A DNA stretch of 64,000 nt from Octopus sinensis (lineage: Eukaryota), in contig NC_043012.1 in assembly GCF_006345805.1 (NCBI RefSeq), forward strand, positions 15,376,001 through 15,440,000. The letters are read 5' to 3'. The notes below the pieces were generated by a model that was not told the DNA's origin, did not search any database, and saw only the letters and a program-made list of their open reading frames with translations. Position numbers and translations under genes: made by a program. Below are positions 50,290 to 63,990 of this stretch, piece after piece. Every line of letters starts with the position of its first letter. The first letter of the stretch is position 1.

Positions 50290-51120
50290 AAAAGGCGGTG
50301 AGTTGGCAGAGTGGTTAGCACCCCGGGTGAAATGCTTAACGGTACTGCGTCTGTCTTTACGTTCTGGGTTCAAATTCCGCCGAGGTCGTCTTTACCTGCC
50401 ATCCTTTCGGGGTCGATAAATTAAGTACCAGTTGTGTACTGGAGTCGGTCTAATCAACTGGCCCCCTCCCCCAAAATTGGCTTTTCTTTTCATCCTTTCG
50501 CGGTCAATAAAATAAGTACCAGTTGAGCGTAGAGATCGATAAAATCGACTTGCCTCCTTCTCCAAAGTTTCAGGCCTTGTGCCAATAATAGAGAGTATTG
50601 TTTAAAGAGTAGACGGTGGCGAACTCTAGGGATCATTAGCGCGTCGGACACGGTGCTTAACAATTTTTCTTTTACTTCTTACGTTCTGAGTTCAAATTCC
50701 ACTGAGGTCGATTTTGCCTGTCATCTTTTTGGGGTCGATGTAATCGATTTACTACCTCTCCAAAAAGTTGCTGGTCGTGAACCAAAATTTGAAACCATTT
50801 AAAAGGTAGTTAATGCGACGAGCTGGCAGAACCCCTAAAGCGTGGGGGGGAAATACTTTGCGATATTTGTTCCGATTCATTACATTCTGAGTTCAAAAAC
50901 CACTGGGGTCAATAAAATGAAATACGGAGGTCGACGGTGATGACTAAATACCCAACCCCAAGAAAATTGCTGGCATTGTTCCCAAATCAGAAACCATTAC
51001 TTGAAGGGCAGCAGATTGGCAAATTAGCCAAAGCGCTTTACAACTTTCAGTGAGCTTTATATACAGGGTTCAAATCCCGGTGAAGTGGTTGACTTTACTT
51101 TTTATCCCTTCTGGGTTGAA
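50290..51120 (+). mobile_element. Cluster of about 5 progressively decayed SINE B-like copies
   Basis: Repeated ggcagaa...gttcaaattcc...ggggtcgat modules. Confidence 0.7.
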
Positions 51121-51171
51121 CGTTGATAAACTATTAAATTTAAAAAATAATTTTTGTACTTTTTAATTTAG

Positions 51172-51276
51172 CTGAGAAATAAGGCAACACAGAGGTGTCT
51201 CGATAATTACAAACAGCTTTACCCTTCAAGGCAGAAACTTTTGGTGATACCGTGTAGCAATATTATATTACGTCAG
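51172..51276 (+). CDS. GALNT: GALNT exon 8 (ricin-type lectin, alpha repeat)
   Basis: tttaatttag|LRNKATQRCLDNY...VIPCSNIILRQ|gtaaat; 35 codons. Confidence 0.88.
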
Positions 51277-51315
51277 GTAAATATAATTATATATATGTGT
51301 GTGTGTGTGTGTGTT

Positions 51316-51350
<35 letters not shown>

Positions 51351-51354
<4 letters not shown>

Positions 51355-52890
51355 GAAATATGTTACGAAAAGAAAATATAAAATACACTTGGAAATGTAA
51401 GGGTAAAATATGAAAAATCAACGAAAATGCATATTGCAAATAGAAAAAGGTTATTTATGACAGGTAACGACAAATATATACATTTAGATTTACTGAGGTA
51501 GTAATACGAGTCATAAAAGTCATTATTATGAGATAATTATAAGATGATAATAAAGTAAGAGAACAAAACGAACCAATAGTTTACGCAAAGCTATTCATCG
51601 TTTCAACAACACCGGTTAATACACGGTGTCAGTTCCTGAGAAAAAAGATTATTTGTAAGGGAGGTAAGTATTTCTGGATTATTTGTAAGGGAGGTAAGTA
51701 GTCCTGGATTTAGAGATGTGAGTGGTGTAGGAAGTGTATAGAGTTTAGTGGTTTCAATTGAAAAGTTAGTGGTGTTCTGTATTGAGTTGTGTGTTCATAT
51801 TTAGTTGGGGGAGAAATTTATTGATGAAAAATGCCTCTTTATTCAACCTTTGTTGCATTGTGGTGTTCTGTGAACATTGGTAAAAGGGAAATATTTGGAA
51901 ATTGGGATTAAGATTCCTGGCACATCTTTCTATGTGTTCACTCACCTTTAACTGTCTGTATTGTGGGTGACGGATTTGCTCTTTGTGAATGGTGTTTCTT
52001 TGACGGAGCGAAATTCCTGTTTGTCCAATACAGAGTTTACCACATCCTATGCATGTCATGGCATAGATTACATTTGCTGAGGCGCAGGTGAAATTTGATT
52101 TGATCTTTAATATTTCTCCTTGTTTGAATTAGAATTCTGAACCCTCCAGAAGGTGGGGGCATGTTCCACAGTTAGAACGTCCACATTTTGTCACTTTTGG
52201 CTCAGTTGTTAGTGGGTAAAGTCTATTTTATTCAGCGACTTCGGTTGCTTTTTGCTTTTTATAATTTTATTTGAGCTTAAAATTTCGTTCATTGTTTTGT
52301 CTGCTGTGAGGATGGGAAGGTTTTGGGTGATGATGTTGAAGGCTTCGTTGTTTCTGGGGTTATGTGTGGAGATGTATGGGAGTATTTTTAAGTCTTGTTT
52401 AGTATTTCGGCTAGTTTTCCTTAATCTTTGTATATCTATTTCCTTAGCTCTTTTGATGCCTTCATTTACTAATGAGATTGGGTAATGTCTTTTAGTTAGT
52501 GTAGATCTAAGTTCAAGGAGTCCATGTTCACGAGTGTATGTATCGGAAACTATGGTGCAGATTCTTTTTGCTAGGTTAAAGGGTATGTTGATTTTTATGT
52601 GTTTGGGGTGGCAGGAGTTAAATAATAGGTATTGTTTAGAATCTGTGGGTTTATAAAAGATGTCTGTTTCTATGTGGTTGTTAACTGTTATAATTAAGAT
52701 GTCTATAAAAGGTAGTTGCTTTCTGTTGTGTTCCATAGTGAATTGTATATTGCTGTGTATGTTGTTGAGCATTCTTTTAAAATCAAGGAGTTGATCCATG
52801 CTATCTTGCCAAAGTATGAAGCAATCATCTAAATATCTCTTCCAGTTCTCCTTTAAGTAACAATTAAAAGAGGCGCCATATTTTTCTAGT
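51351..52890 (-). mobile_element. 5'-truncated Penelope-like element (RT C-terminus plus GIY-YIG)
   Basis: WKRYLDDCF, TDIFYKPTD...HPKH, CIGCGKLCIGQTG; same family as 1171-1960. Confidence 0.9.
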
Positions 52891-53989
52891 GATATATATA
52901 TTTATCTGTTTTTGTCCCCGTCACCACTTGACAACCGGTGTTTGTGTGTTATAAAATGCCATCTGAGTGTGTGTGTGTGTGATCACAGAAACCCCAGTTT
53001 TCCTTTCAGTGTAGTACTTGCTGTTGATTGAACTGCTAAGTTAAAGGGACCCAAAACATTTTCTAAATGGTATAAACTTAAACGCATACACGGAGGGGTA
53101 GTTACATATACGCATGCACACACACACACATCACACACACACACACACACTCACACACACACACACACACACACACACTCTCACTCACTCACTCACTCAT
53201 TCTCTCTCTCGCACACACTCTCTCATACACACACACTCTCTCATTCACTCACTCTCTTTCTCACACACACACTCACTCTCTCTCTCTCTTACACACACAC
53301 AAATGTACGTATGTGCGTGTAAGTACATGTATGCGTGTGTGTAAGTACATGCGTGTCAGCGTGTGTGTGTGTGTGTGGTGTGTGTGTGTGTGTGTGTGTG
53401 TGTGTGCACGTGTGTACTTTGTAACCACGAGTTTCTCGAAAATGCTTTGTTTTCGCAGAAAAAAAATTTTTAGTTTTGAACTTGCGAACTCACGCTGGTT
53501 GGAGATTTATAATAAACTACACAAGTTCTTTTTTACTCTTTCTCTGCGCCTTGACTGGATTATTTCAGAATTTTTTTGTCCTATTTGATTTTTACTACAT
53601 CTCGTTATATTGCTGTGGATGACCTTTCTATCCGGTTAATGATTTATGTCTGCTGTCTCGTATCACCCAATACAATCCGTTGTCTATTAAAAAGTTTTCA
53701 GTTTTCCTCTGTTCAATTGAAGCCTGAATTTCACAATAATTGTCACTGAAAATGGGAGAACGTAACTGGTTGCATAGCTAGACTGCTATTATTTTACTGT
53801 TGACATTTCAGTTCTTAAATTTCATGACGCTACCTAATACTATAGATAAGAAAAGTTAGTCTGTGTTGATACATACGATTTATTCGCATTGATATATGTA
53901 TAATATTTGATGTATATACAACGTCGACAGGCTAAATACTAGGTTTTCATCCGAGATAAAATGTCTAATAGACGTACTGCATTTAAAAG

Positions 53990-54300
53990 CCCCATGTATA
54001 TCTGAGAGAGACGAAAATCCGTCCCGACAACGATTTGCGAGAGGGCCAAATGCATTTTTGAATAATGACCATGAACAAGTCGCTGGACTGTGTGTTCTAC
54101 ACGGTCGACCACACATCCTTCTGGAAAATTCTTAGGCTCGCCGGTGCGCCACACACGATCTCCACCCTGTTCCAACAGCTTTATAGCAGTGTCAAGAGAT
54201 GCGCAAGGGTGAACGGGAAGGACTCTGACTGGTTTCCACATGAATAGCGGGGTTAGACAGGGCTGTGTGCCCCGACCTCTTCTGATTAAATCCAAATGCA
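53990..54300 (+). mobile_element. RTE-like RT fragment
   Basis: YTVDHTSFWKIL...GVRQGC motif. Confidence 0.7.
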
Positions 54301-54339
54301 ATGGTAAGATAAAAACAAAAACCCTTACATCTGTTTAAA

Positions 54340-54740
54340 ATAAAAGTAGCTTCTATAAGTTGGCCACCATCCACCATTGTTCGACCGTGCTCGAGACATT
54401 GGAATTTACCGTGCCACGCCAGACCTCACCGTCCATCATAGCATTACGGAGGTCCTGGTGCTGGATGCCTGTATCCCTGGAGATTACATCAGGGTAGGAG
54501 AGTGTGCACCCTCTGGTATCACGAGCAGATGGCTTCCAGAAGAGAAGAGTAGAAATCACCTCGTTTTCAGCTCTACAACAATGTCCAACAAACTGGACTC
54601 TTCTACCTTTCACAAGAGATGATACGGGTGGTAGTTTCCCATATATTTGTACTTTGGGTGGATGACGCTTCCACGAGAGATTTTGAGCTCTCATGAGAAG
54701 GCGAGTGTAAGTTCCATCCAACCGCCTCTCAAGCTTCTAT
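54340..54740 (-). mobile_element. RTE-like LINE 3' fragment
   Basis: DGTYTRLLMRAQNLSW...RRVQFVGHC...WRGTV, typical of the RTE C-terminus. Confidence 0.7.
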
Positions 54741-55003
54741 GTTGGCACTAATGCATGACAACAACCGAATAAATGACCAGTGAAAGAGCAAAAGAATTTC
54801 CAAGTCTGCACTGAAGTAAATCTCGAACCAAATTATTTCTCAGTCTTTTTGAGGGAATACGAGTTAATATTTTATAATCAAAGGATGAAAAGAAATTCTT
54901 CAACTGCTCATCACAAACTTGGTTACATTAGTATTTGTGCAAATAAATTATGCAGACTTATTTCATTTATTTCGGTTACAAGAGGATATTATTACATTTA
55001 CTA

Positions 55004-56294
55004 CGAGGGACGTTCAATAAGTAATGCCTCTGACCCACTTGCAGTTGTTTGATCGAGCTGAAATTTTGCATGTGCAATTATTTATATCTCTATAAATTAA
55101 GTGGCAAACTACAGCTCTGAAATAATTGTGGTTTCTGATTTACAGGTGTTTGAACTGAGTCAAGTGTGAAATGGAGCCTGTTGAGTGGCGAGCAGTGATC
55201 CGGTTTTTGTATTTGAAAGGACGCACACCACGGAAGACTTTTGATGAAATGAAAGTAACTTATGGTGATGATGCCCCATCATATGACCTTGTAAAACCCT
55301 GGCATATTGAATTCAAACATGGTCGGAACTCTGTGGAAACAGCTCCCAGATCTGGTCACCCCCTTCTGCCATTGATGAGGCATCTGTCCGTCAAGTTGAG
55401 GCTGCCATTTTGGAAGATCGACGCATAACTATTCGCCAAACAGCCCATGAGATCAAGATTAATACCGGGTCTGTGGAAACTATCATTCATGACCATCTGC
55501 ACATGCAAAAGGTGTCTGCCAAATGGATTCCCAGGTTGCTCACACCTTTACAGAAGCAAGAACGCGTCGAGTGCTCGAAGATGAATTTGGAGATGTGCCA
55601 AGAAGATGAGTCAAAATTTTTCAAAAGTCTGATTACACAGGATAAAACCTGGGTCCATCACTATGATCCAGAGACCAAAGCCCAGTCAATGCAGTGGAAG
55701 CACTGTGACTCACCTCCTCCAAAGAAGGCAAGGGTGCAGCCCTCCGCTGGTAAGGTCATGCTCACAGTCTTCTGGGACCAGGACGGAGTAGTGATGACAG
55801 ATTTCCTGGTAAAGGGTACCACAATTACAGGAGCCTATTATGCTTCACTTTTGAGGAAATTAAGAGAAGCTATCAAAATCAAGAGGCGGGGCAAGATCAG
55901 CAAAGGCATCCTCCTGCTGCAGGACAACGCTGCGGTCCACAACTCGCGTGTCACCAGATCAGAAGCACAGGCATGCGGCTATGAACTCCTCCCCCATCCC
56001 CCTACTCTCCTGACCTTGCACCCTCTGATTTTCACCTCTTCCCAGCCATGAAGTTGTTTTTGAAAGGAAAGCATTTCCCAGATGATGCAGCCTTGATTTC
56101 TGAAATCACGTCGTGGTTGGAGGACCAAGCTGGGGTCTTCTACAAAAACGGTCTCCAGAGCTGCATCAAATGATGGGAGAAATGCGTAACTCTGGGTGGA
56201 TTTTATGTAGAAAAAGACTAATATCTGTGCCAAATTTCGTTGCTCTACTGCTATGGGAAGTGGGTCAGGGGCATTACTTATTGAACGCCCCTCG
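55004..56294 (+). mobile_element. Full-length mariner (DD34D) transposon with a frameshifted transposase
   Basis: TA duplication at 55002-03 and 56295-96; TIRs cgagggacgttcaataagtaatgcc...; WIPRLL, QDKTW, QDNAAVH and YSPDLAPSDF motifs in shifted frames. Confidence 0.93.
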
Positions 56295-56469
56295 TATCTC
56301 TTTATTTTGTTCATCTCACTTGAGATATCGTATAATACTGGCTGATAACTTACTTAATTCAAAGTATGTTTTAAATAAACATGAATATCTATGCAGTTCT
56401 TTCTTTCTTTCTCTCTCTCTCTCTCTCTTTCTTTCTCTTTTCTCCTCCCTCTCCCTACGTATTTAGACA

Positions 56470-56501
<32 letters not shown>

Positions 56502-56969
56502 GTGTGATCACAGAAACCCCATTGTTCCTTTTAGTCTGGTACTTACATTTCGAGATTTTGGAGTCTTTTCTATGATGTGTATTCGCAGTCAGCCACATGT
56601 AGGAACGAGATGTAACTGATATTGCGATTAATCACCGAAATGCATAAATTATCCGATGTAAGCAACCGAAGCAGTATTTAATTAAAATAGCAAAAACGTA
56701 AAACGTTAATTTCGGCTTCAAAGTGAAATGGGTGATACAGTAAAAGTTTATCGAATTACATCCATCGAAATATCGAATTCACAACGGCGATTGCCATGCA
56801 TGTATATACGTAAGCATATGTGTGTATGTATGTACGCATATTTATGTGTGTGTGTTTGTTTATATATGTGTGTGTTTGTAGACATGATGCTTAAATGTTT
56901 GCATGTATGTATGTATGTACAAAGATATACATACTTTCCATAGCTGACTAAATTTCCTCTTATTTCCAG

Positions 56970-57104
56970 GGATTCTCTATAACATACGAGAAATGGCTAA
57001 GAACCTCTTTAAACTGCATTTCTACAGACTGCGTCTCAAAAACCTATTGTTATGCTGTTGTGGCTGATTGTTTTCTTGGTGTAAGCAATAAGTGGGAACA
57101 CAAG
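56970..57104 (+). CDS. GALNT: GALNT exon 9 (lectin beta repeat)
   Basis: tttccag|GFSITYEKWLRTSLNCIS...VADCFLGVSNKWEHK|gtatgt; 45 codons, phase 0/0. Confidence 0.82.
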
Positions 57105-57329
57105 GTATGTGACCTTCAGAGTAATACGTATACACAAACGAATCAAAGCTATCGTTGAACTGTTTGGATAGTTGTACCTTTGTAATCCTATTCTGGTTGC
57201 CTTTCATGTGTCATGATTACAATTTGTTTTTAGGGTGTGTAAAGAGGGAAAGAACCCTCATCTGCAATTTTGATGAAATTCAAATCATAGGTATTCCAGT
57301 TCATTACAGAAAATATAACAGAAAAGTCT

Positions 57330-57377
57330 AATTCTTCAATTGCACGTAACACAGGCAACGCCGGGTATCTCTGCTAG
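57330..57377 (+). mobile_element. Helitron-like 3' terminus
   Basis: ggcaacgccggg hairpin followed by ...gCTAG|t. Confidence 0.4.
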
Positions 57378-58108
57378 TTGTCTTTAAAACAATTAACAGA
57401 CATGCATTGTACTTTACACTACTACAATCTGTGCGTAAAAAATGTACAAAAAGTAAATAGCTTATTATGAAAGCAGATACAAAGAAAAAAGGCTGCGATA
57501 TGAATTGAAATTAAAATAGCCCAGTTGATGATCACGTACTAATATTACTTGGTCTTCCAACCAAAATAATTTTTTTCACAAAATACCTATCTGCTCTCCC
57601 TCTCTTCCTCTCCTTCTCCATTTCTCCCTCTCCCCCTCTCTCCTACACATACGCGTGCGCAATTTTTTTCTAGCCTAGTTCCACACTGCTGTAATCGTCA
57701 AACCGAGCTGGCTGAATGTTGAATATTGCTTTGCATAATTAACCTTGAACATCAGGTATGTTGTCACAATAGAGCTTTTACCTGTGTATCCATTATGCAT
57801 TGCTGTTGTCAGGTGGATTCATTCTTTTCTTAGGCCATTTCCACTTAAAGTAACAGGTTGGAATTTCTTGTTATAAGGCTATTATAACTTGGAGTCCGTT
57901 ATTTGGTAGTGGTGGTGGTGGTGTAGGAGGTAGTGATGAGGTGTGTGCAGTGTAGCTGTTTTGTAGTTGAATAACTTGTGATACCTAGCGTCGCGGTTGG
58001 GGGGCGGTCTTTGTTGACTAGTGCTAGGAATTTATTCCATATACGTCATTACGTTTAGGATAAAGAGCAAGTTAAGGAAATATTTCTTCACCTGGTTTTG
58101 TTTGAATC

Positions 58109-58228
<120 letters not shown>

Positions 58229-58334
58229 ATATATACATATATATGTATATACAAAGATACACACACACACACCACACACACACACACATATATATACATA
58301 TACATATACATACATACATACATACATACATACA

Positions 58335-58368
<34 letters not shown>

Positions 58369-58403
58369 CATATATACATACATACATATATATATATATG
58401 ATA

Positions 58404-59330
58404 TCTATATAATACTAAAGTTTGTCTGTCTCTCTGTTTTCCTAATTAAGACGATATATATCACAAACAAAAAAATCATTTCCTTCTTTAAGAAAAAAAT
58501 TCAAGTTGGAAATTATATATTTTTGTACCACGAGTACTTGATTTTTTTTCTTAAAGGGAAAACTTACCGTTTTATTTAAAACAAAATATTAATCTTTATC
58601 ATCTTAACCAAAAGGCAGAAAAAACAGACGGAGAGATTCTTCTTATAGACGAAGATCAGTAGCAATTGGAGGAGTTGAATCTTATAAGAATACAAAAACA
58701 ATCAACAACAAATGGGTTGTACCTTATAACGAAACTCTTTTAAGAGCATTCAAATGCCACTGCAACGTTGAAATCGTTGCCTCAGTGAGTATGTCATCAA
58801 GTACACGCTGAAAGGAAATGACCACGCTGCTGTTCAAATAAACAGTGATTACGAAATTAGTCTAAAGAGTAGGTATATTGGACCATCCTAAGTAGTTCCA
58901 TCCATTTTAGGATTTTCAATTCCTGAAAGAGTACCTGCAATACTGGGACTGCAAGTTCATTTACCAGATGAACAAAGAATATTGCCCAGTAATAATGAGG
59001 ATACAGCTGTTAAAGAACGACGTATGAGAACAACATTGACAGGACTCTTTTCATTGAGTATCAAAATATTACTTTATGCTGAAGTACCCATGTATTTCAC
59101 ACTGAACAGTAGTAACAAAGAATGGCAAAAAGGGAAAGCGAGGAAAAAAGTTGAAGGCCATTTGAGCATTTTCAAAAAAGAAAAACATTGGTCGTGTTTA
59201 TGTTGTCACACCAAAGGTAGGATAGCTGTATTATTAGAATCTTATTGTATGATGTTCGAAATAGTATTTTTCCTTTGCTGCCGTGCATTGACATATTCAA
59301 CTTTGAGTGGTTGTGACCTAACGGGTCACA
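58404..59330 (+). mobile_element. Helitron fragment (5' TC end plus decayed Rep-region sequence)
   Basis: a|TCTATATAATACTAAAG start; KWVVPYN...CNVE, KGNDHAAVQ, RYIG, LQVHLPDEQ, TTLT and YAEVP motifs. Confidence 0.7.
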
Positions 59331-59354
59331 GGTACATCTAGTATATATACATAT

Positions 59355-59462
<108 letters not shown>

Positions 59463-59558
59463 TATATGTTTGTATGTATGTATGTATGTATGTATGTATG
59501 TATGTATGTATGTATGTATGTATGTATATATATGACACACACACACACACACACACAC

Positions 59559-59626
<68 letters not shown>

Positions 59627-59627
59627 C

Positions 59628-60760
59628 GTACAGGGTGACCCACAGAGATTTACCCATTGATATTTCTTAATCATTCAAAACAAACATAAGGTAGGATAAC
59701 GAAATTTGGCACACACGTTCTAACGTAAATTGTTAATACATTGCATGTAATTACCTTTCGCCTTCATCGTAGGCTACAAGCGTGTGGTCACTGAGTTACA
59801 TGAGCTTCGTACCAACTCTTCATCCAACTTGACCTATGAAAACAGAAGGGTTTTTTTTTCAGATCTGACACATTTGAATAGGAGCGAGCAGAAACACTAC
59901 TCTCTAAGATGGACCAGATAATAACATCCTTGGGATTGATGTTTTGACTTGATGGAGGCCATGTCTTGTTCCAAAAATTGCTGAAATGCTCTTTGCACCA
60001 CTTCTGTATCAAATTAGATATGTTGGCCGGATCCCCGTCTTGAGTAAAGATGTAATGGCCACCAAAAGTTTCTGTGACCCAGGGTGACACTTTCTCATCC
60101 AACATTTCCACATAGACTTCAATGTTGACCTTGACGCCAGCATCGATTAAAGTCAAGGGAGATTTGGACACATCAGATGCAATTGCGGCCAACACCATGA
60201 ATAAAACTGGCTTCTGACGGCGTAAATGACCCCTGCTACTTTCGGGCAAGTCTCCTGAATTACCTGCATAAATCCTGTCATTCTACCTGTTGGTAACTGC
60301 CTCCATGGTGAAAATCTCGTCGGATCAGATCAACACTTTGTTAGCGGCGCGCTTCATCTCAGCTAACATGGTTTTACCCCTGCCGAGCCGTTACTTATTG
60401 GAAGCTGCTGAAAGTGACTGCCGGGATTGTCTCTTGTATGCAGTTAGCTTTAAATCATCTTTAAAAATCCTATGCATTGACGATTTCGAAATATCAAGAG
60501 CTTTTGCAGTTTTTCTTGCACTCCTGTGGGGATTTCGGGGAGTCAACAGTTTGTTTGGTACGAATTGATTCTCCCCTACCATGAATTGGCTTGCTAGAGG
60601 TAGTAGCGGACTCCATATATCGATCCCAGGTATTGAACGCTTCTTTACGGCACACATTCAACTGTTTTGTTATGTCCTTGTTACTCGCACCAGCTGTTTT
60701 TTAAAGCAACAATCTGGTCACTTTTTGCATTTGACACCATGTTTGTTTACAAGCCTGTTA
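59628..60760 (-). mobile_element. maT/DD37D-like (Tc1/mariner superfamily) transposon remnant
   Basis: TA-CAGGGTG end; SDEIFT, QDGDPA and WPPSSQNINPKD motifs (36 residues between the last two D); other TIR not found. Confidence 0.75.
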
Positions 60761-60779
60761 TAGATGAACGAAACAATAG

Positions 60780-62307
60780 ACGCATGAACAAAAGACATAT
60801 GCAAAGGATGGATCAAGTTTAAGGTTGACCCCCTCCAGGAGAAGTAACCAGCAGAACGAGAAGGAGGACGGTGGTATACAGAACGCTGTCTATAACCAAT
60901 AAGAAAAAAGAGATGGCATCAGAGGAAGCCATTGAGAAATGTATGGAAGAGGTGAAGAGTACTGTGACATTCTACACTAGAAGGAGAAGATATGGCACAG
61001 TGGAGGTGGGGTTTGTCACCGAAGAAGAGGCAATAAATCACTCCACTCTGCCGCTGAGATCACAAGAATGGGTGCTCCTGCCGACCTATTGCGGCAAAAG
61101 TGTTGCAAGAATTAGGATCAATAGGGTGCCACCTGAAATCGAAGAAGCGTGGCTGGTGACAGCCGTGATGTACGGAACCAATGACGACGCAAGGTTAATC
61201 CAAGTTGCAAGAACGAAGGAAATGAATTGCTGGGGCTACGGCCTGGAAATGGTTATCTAGGCCACCCAGCAAGACTTGAATGAAATAGCAGAAGAGGTAC
61301 TGTTGCCTGAAGATACAAAATTGAGAGTAGTGGTAGAGGCAAGACCGCCCACCTACTACCATTGTGGAGAAAAGGGGCACATTAAAATAAAGTGCCCCCA
61401 GATTAGCAATGAAACCACAGGGAACCAGGAAGAACAAAGTAGGAGTACCATATCGGTAGCTTGAGCCCAGGTGGAGGGTATGGAAGATACAGAGGAGGAG
61501 TGATTCACCGAAGTATCGAAAAGGAAAAGAAAGGAAACGTTGAATACACCCCCCACAAAAGTACAAAGGCGAAGAGGAAGAATAGCAAAACAGAGGAAAT
61601 TATACAGCAAGCACACAACATATAAGGTACGCCCACACAGCATACATCACCACCAGTAACACTCCAAAAAAGGAAACCGCCTCAGATAGTCCGACTTTAC
61701 CTCGTAGACAAGTAGGCACAAGCAGAGACAGGCATAATACACAGTCCCGCAAAAGTCCCCCCCTAAAAACAAAGCATGCATGATGACATATACTAAAAGC
61801 ACGTCAATTGAACGAAAAATCACCAAGTTCAAATCGGGGATTAGAGTTAAATTGCCGGCAGAAAAATACACAGAAAACAGAGAATGCATACTGATAGACA
61901 GGGATTCACTGTGAAATGGTGGTAACACACGGCGTTTAGATTAGAATATGCAGGCCATTGAGGGAATTGTTCAGTTCGAACATTGACCAGTTAGGACCAG
62001 AGGTGGAGTATGATAGCCTACCTCCAGTCGTAGACGATGAAGAATTAACACCATATATAAACTGGTGAAAAAAATGTAAGTAAATTTTAATATTATATTT
62101 AAAAAAACAAAGAGAAAAATGTTATAACATTAAACACAGTCAAAGGTAACCACCCGAAAGTGGGGCTCGAGTAGCCATTGCATCCTCATTATATTATAAT
62201 TCCATTTTCATTCATCCATCTATGTTTCATGTCCCCGCTTTGTATTTCTATTGTCTGTCCTTGTGCTGTCCCCTCTGTGTAGGGCCCTGGTGGTCAATAA
62301 AGAAAGA
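60780..62307 (+). mobile_element. Second ORF1-only (HAL1-like) retroelement, diverged relative of 24961-26576
   Basis: RRYGTVEVGF...RVPPEIEEAWLV...Y.CGEKGHIKIKC (knuckle-like); premature stop at 61260; no ORF2; 3' tail with aataaag at 62296. Confidence 0.7.
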
Positions 62308-62626
62308 GAGTGGCCGTTAATCCCGGGAATCCGTAAGGTGTCATTTCGGTAGTTTTGTCGGAATATCGTTTGTTGGTTTGTGTAGAGTTTGTTGGATTGT
62401 TACGTTGTTGTTACCCTACTTGATTATATATTTTATTGTTACTACACGGTTATAGTGTAAACAAGCATCGTCATAAATAGTGGCGATACGTTACAATAAT
62501 TACAATAATTACCATAAATAAAAAGAAGTAAAAACTCTATAAACGCCATATACCTACCCATTTTTATTTGACCAATAGATTAACACATTACATTATTGCA
62601 TTTCTAATAGTTTCATTTCATTGCAG

Positions 62627-62764
62627 GATGGATTTGTGAAACATTTAAACACTGGATTGTGTCTTGATTTAGAGAAAAATTTTGTCGCTATTCTTCAACC
62701 TTGTAACAGCAAGCAAGCTACACAGCAATGGAGTTTCATACAGATCCCCATAGATCGTAAATAA
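62627..62764 (+). CDS. GALNT: GALNT exon 10 (lectin gamma repeat, stop)
   Basis: ttgcag|DGFVKHLNTGLCLD...PCNSKQATQQWSF...RK*; exon lengths sum to 1797 nt = 598 aa plus stop. Confidence 0.92.
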   Translation, partial: DGFVKHLNTGLCLDLEKNFVAILQPCNSKQATQQWSFIQIPIDRK

Positions 62765-62811
62765 TCTTTTAAATTTATAAAACAAATACGTATTTAGTTA
62801 TTATATATATA

Positions 62812-63060
62812 CAGTGGCGGCCAAAATGTTCAGAACGGCATTGTTTTCGTCAGAAAAGTAGATATAATTTTTTATCAAAGTTGTTTTATATTCTATAAGT
62901 TTCACAGACAATAAATACGATATTATTTGTTATTGCCTGAGATTTTGGTGTAATTTGAGAGGATAATACAAAAGTTATGGATGATTTAGTGATTTACTGC
63001 AAAACCCATGGCGGCCAAAATGAATGTTTATTTCACATGGATACCTGCTACCATTTTATA
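62812..63060 (+). mobile_element. Tc1-like terminal fragment in the GALNT 3' region
   Basis: TA-CAGTGGCGGCCAAAA terminus; no matching TIR found. Confidence 0.4.
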
Positions 63061-63122
63061 TATTTTACATATTTCATGATTAATCATTTAAGGTTTTCCT
63101 CACGTTATATTAGACAATAATA

Positions 63123-63354
63123 AAGCGGCGAGCTGGCAGAAACGTTAGCACGTCGGGCGAAATGCTTAGCAGTATTTCGTCTGCCGTTACGTTCTGAGTT
63201 CAAATTCCGCCGAGGTCGACTTTGCCTTTCATCCTTTCGGGGTCGATTAAATAAGTACCAGTTACGCACTGGGGTCGATATAATCGACTTAATCCGTTTG
63301 TCTGTCCTTGTTTGTCCTCTCTGTGTTTAGCCCCTTGTGGGTAGTAAAGAAATA
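63123..63354 (+). mobile_element. SINE family B, full length, with 17-bp TSD
   Basis: gttatattagacaataa at 63104-63120 and 63355-63371. Confidence 0.92.
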
Positions 63355-63823
63355 GTTATATTAGACAATAAAGTTGGCCTTAGCCTTTGAGTCTGCAATG
63401 TTAAGTAGATAAAAGATAAAACTTCCTGAACTAGGAATCAATATTTTGCTGTAAGGTGAATAGTCTTGTAGAAATACATGTCCTGCCTGGAGATTAAAGT
63501 ACATATACCGCAGTATCCTGTCTACGCTGTGAAATTACTTTTAGCGTGCCGTCTACCTTTTCTTACCGTTTTACACTTTAGCGTGCCATCTACCTCCACT
63601 ATAAGAACTTTATACTACAGGATGATAAGAACAAATTGAATAATGTCAAATTATTCTTTCCTGCTGAGGGTTACAGTCCAAATCAATGACTGATACAAAG
63701 TCGCAGCCAGACATAGAGTGGTGTGGTGGTGAAACAATAGGGTTAACAGAGCCTTAAATGCGGCAGACTGCCTTGGAAAGACTTGTAGAATAAGGGCAGC
63801 AGAGAAGCTAGAAGGGAAATTAT

Positions 63824-63990
63824 ACATGTTTAATTAGCAAGGAAAAAAAGCAGAAAAGAGGTTAGCCAATGTTTTACAGAGTGTGGTATAACAGGTTGCA
63901 AGACAACATGTTTAATTAGCAAAGAAAAAAGCAGAAAAGAGGTTAGCTAATATTTTACAGCGTGTGGTAGACCAGGTTGCAAGATAACAT
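63824..63990. repeat. About 84-bp imperfect tandem duplication
   Basis: acatgtttaattagcaa...ggttgcaaga occurs twice. Confidence 0.8.

Noticed and set aside
57022-57207. Minus-strand ORF or Helitron helicase remnant
   Set aside because: The + strand is GALNT exon 9, with good splice sites and the expected cysteines.
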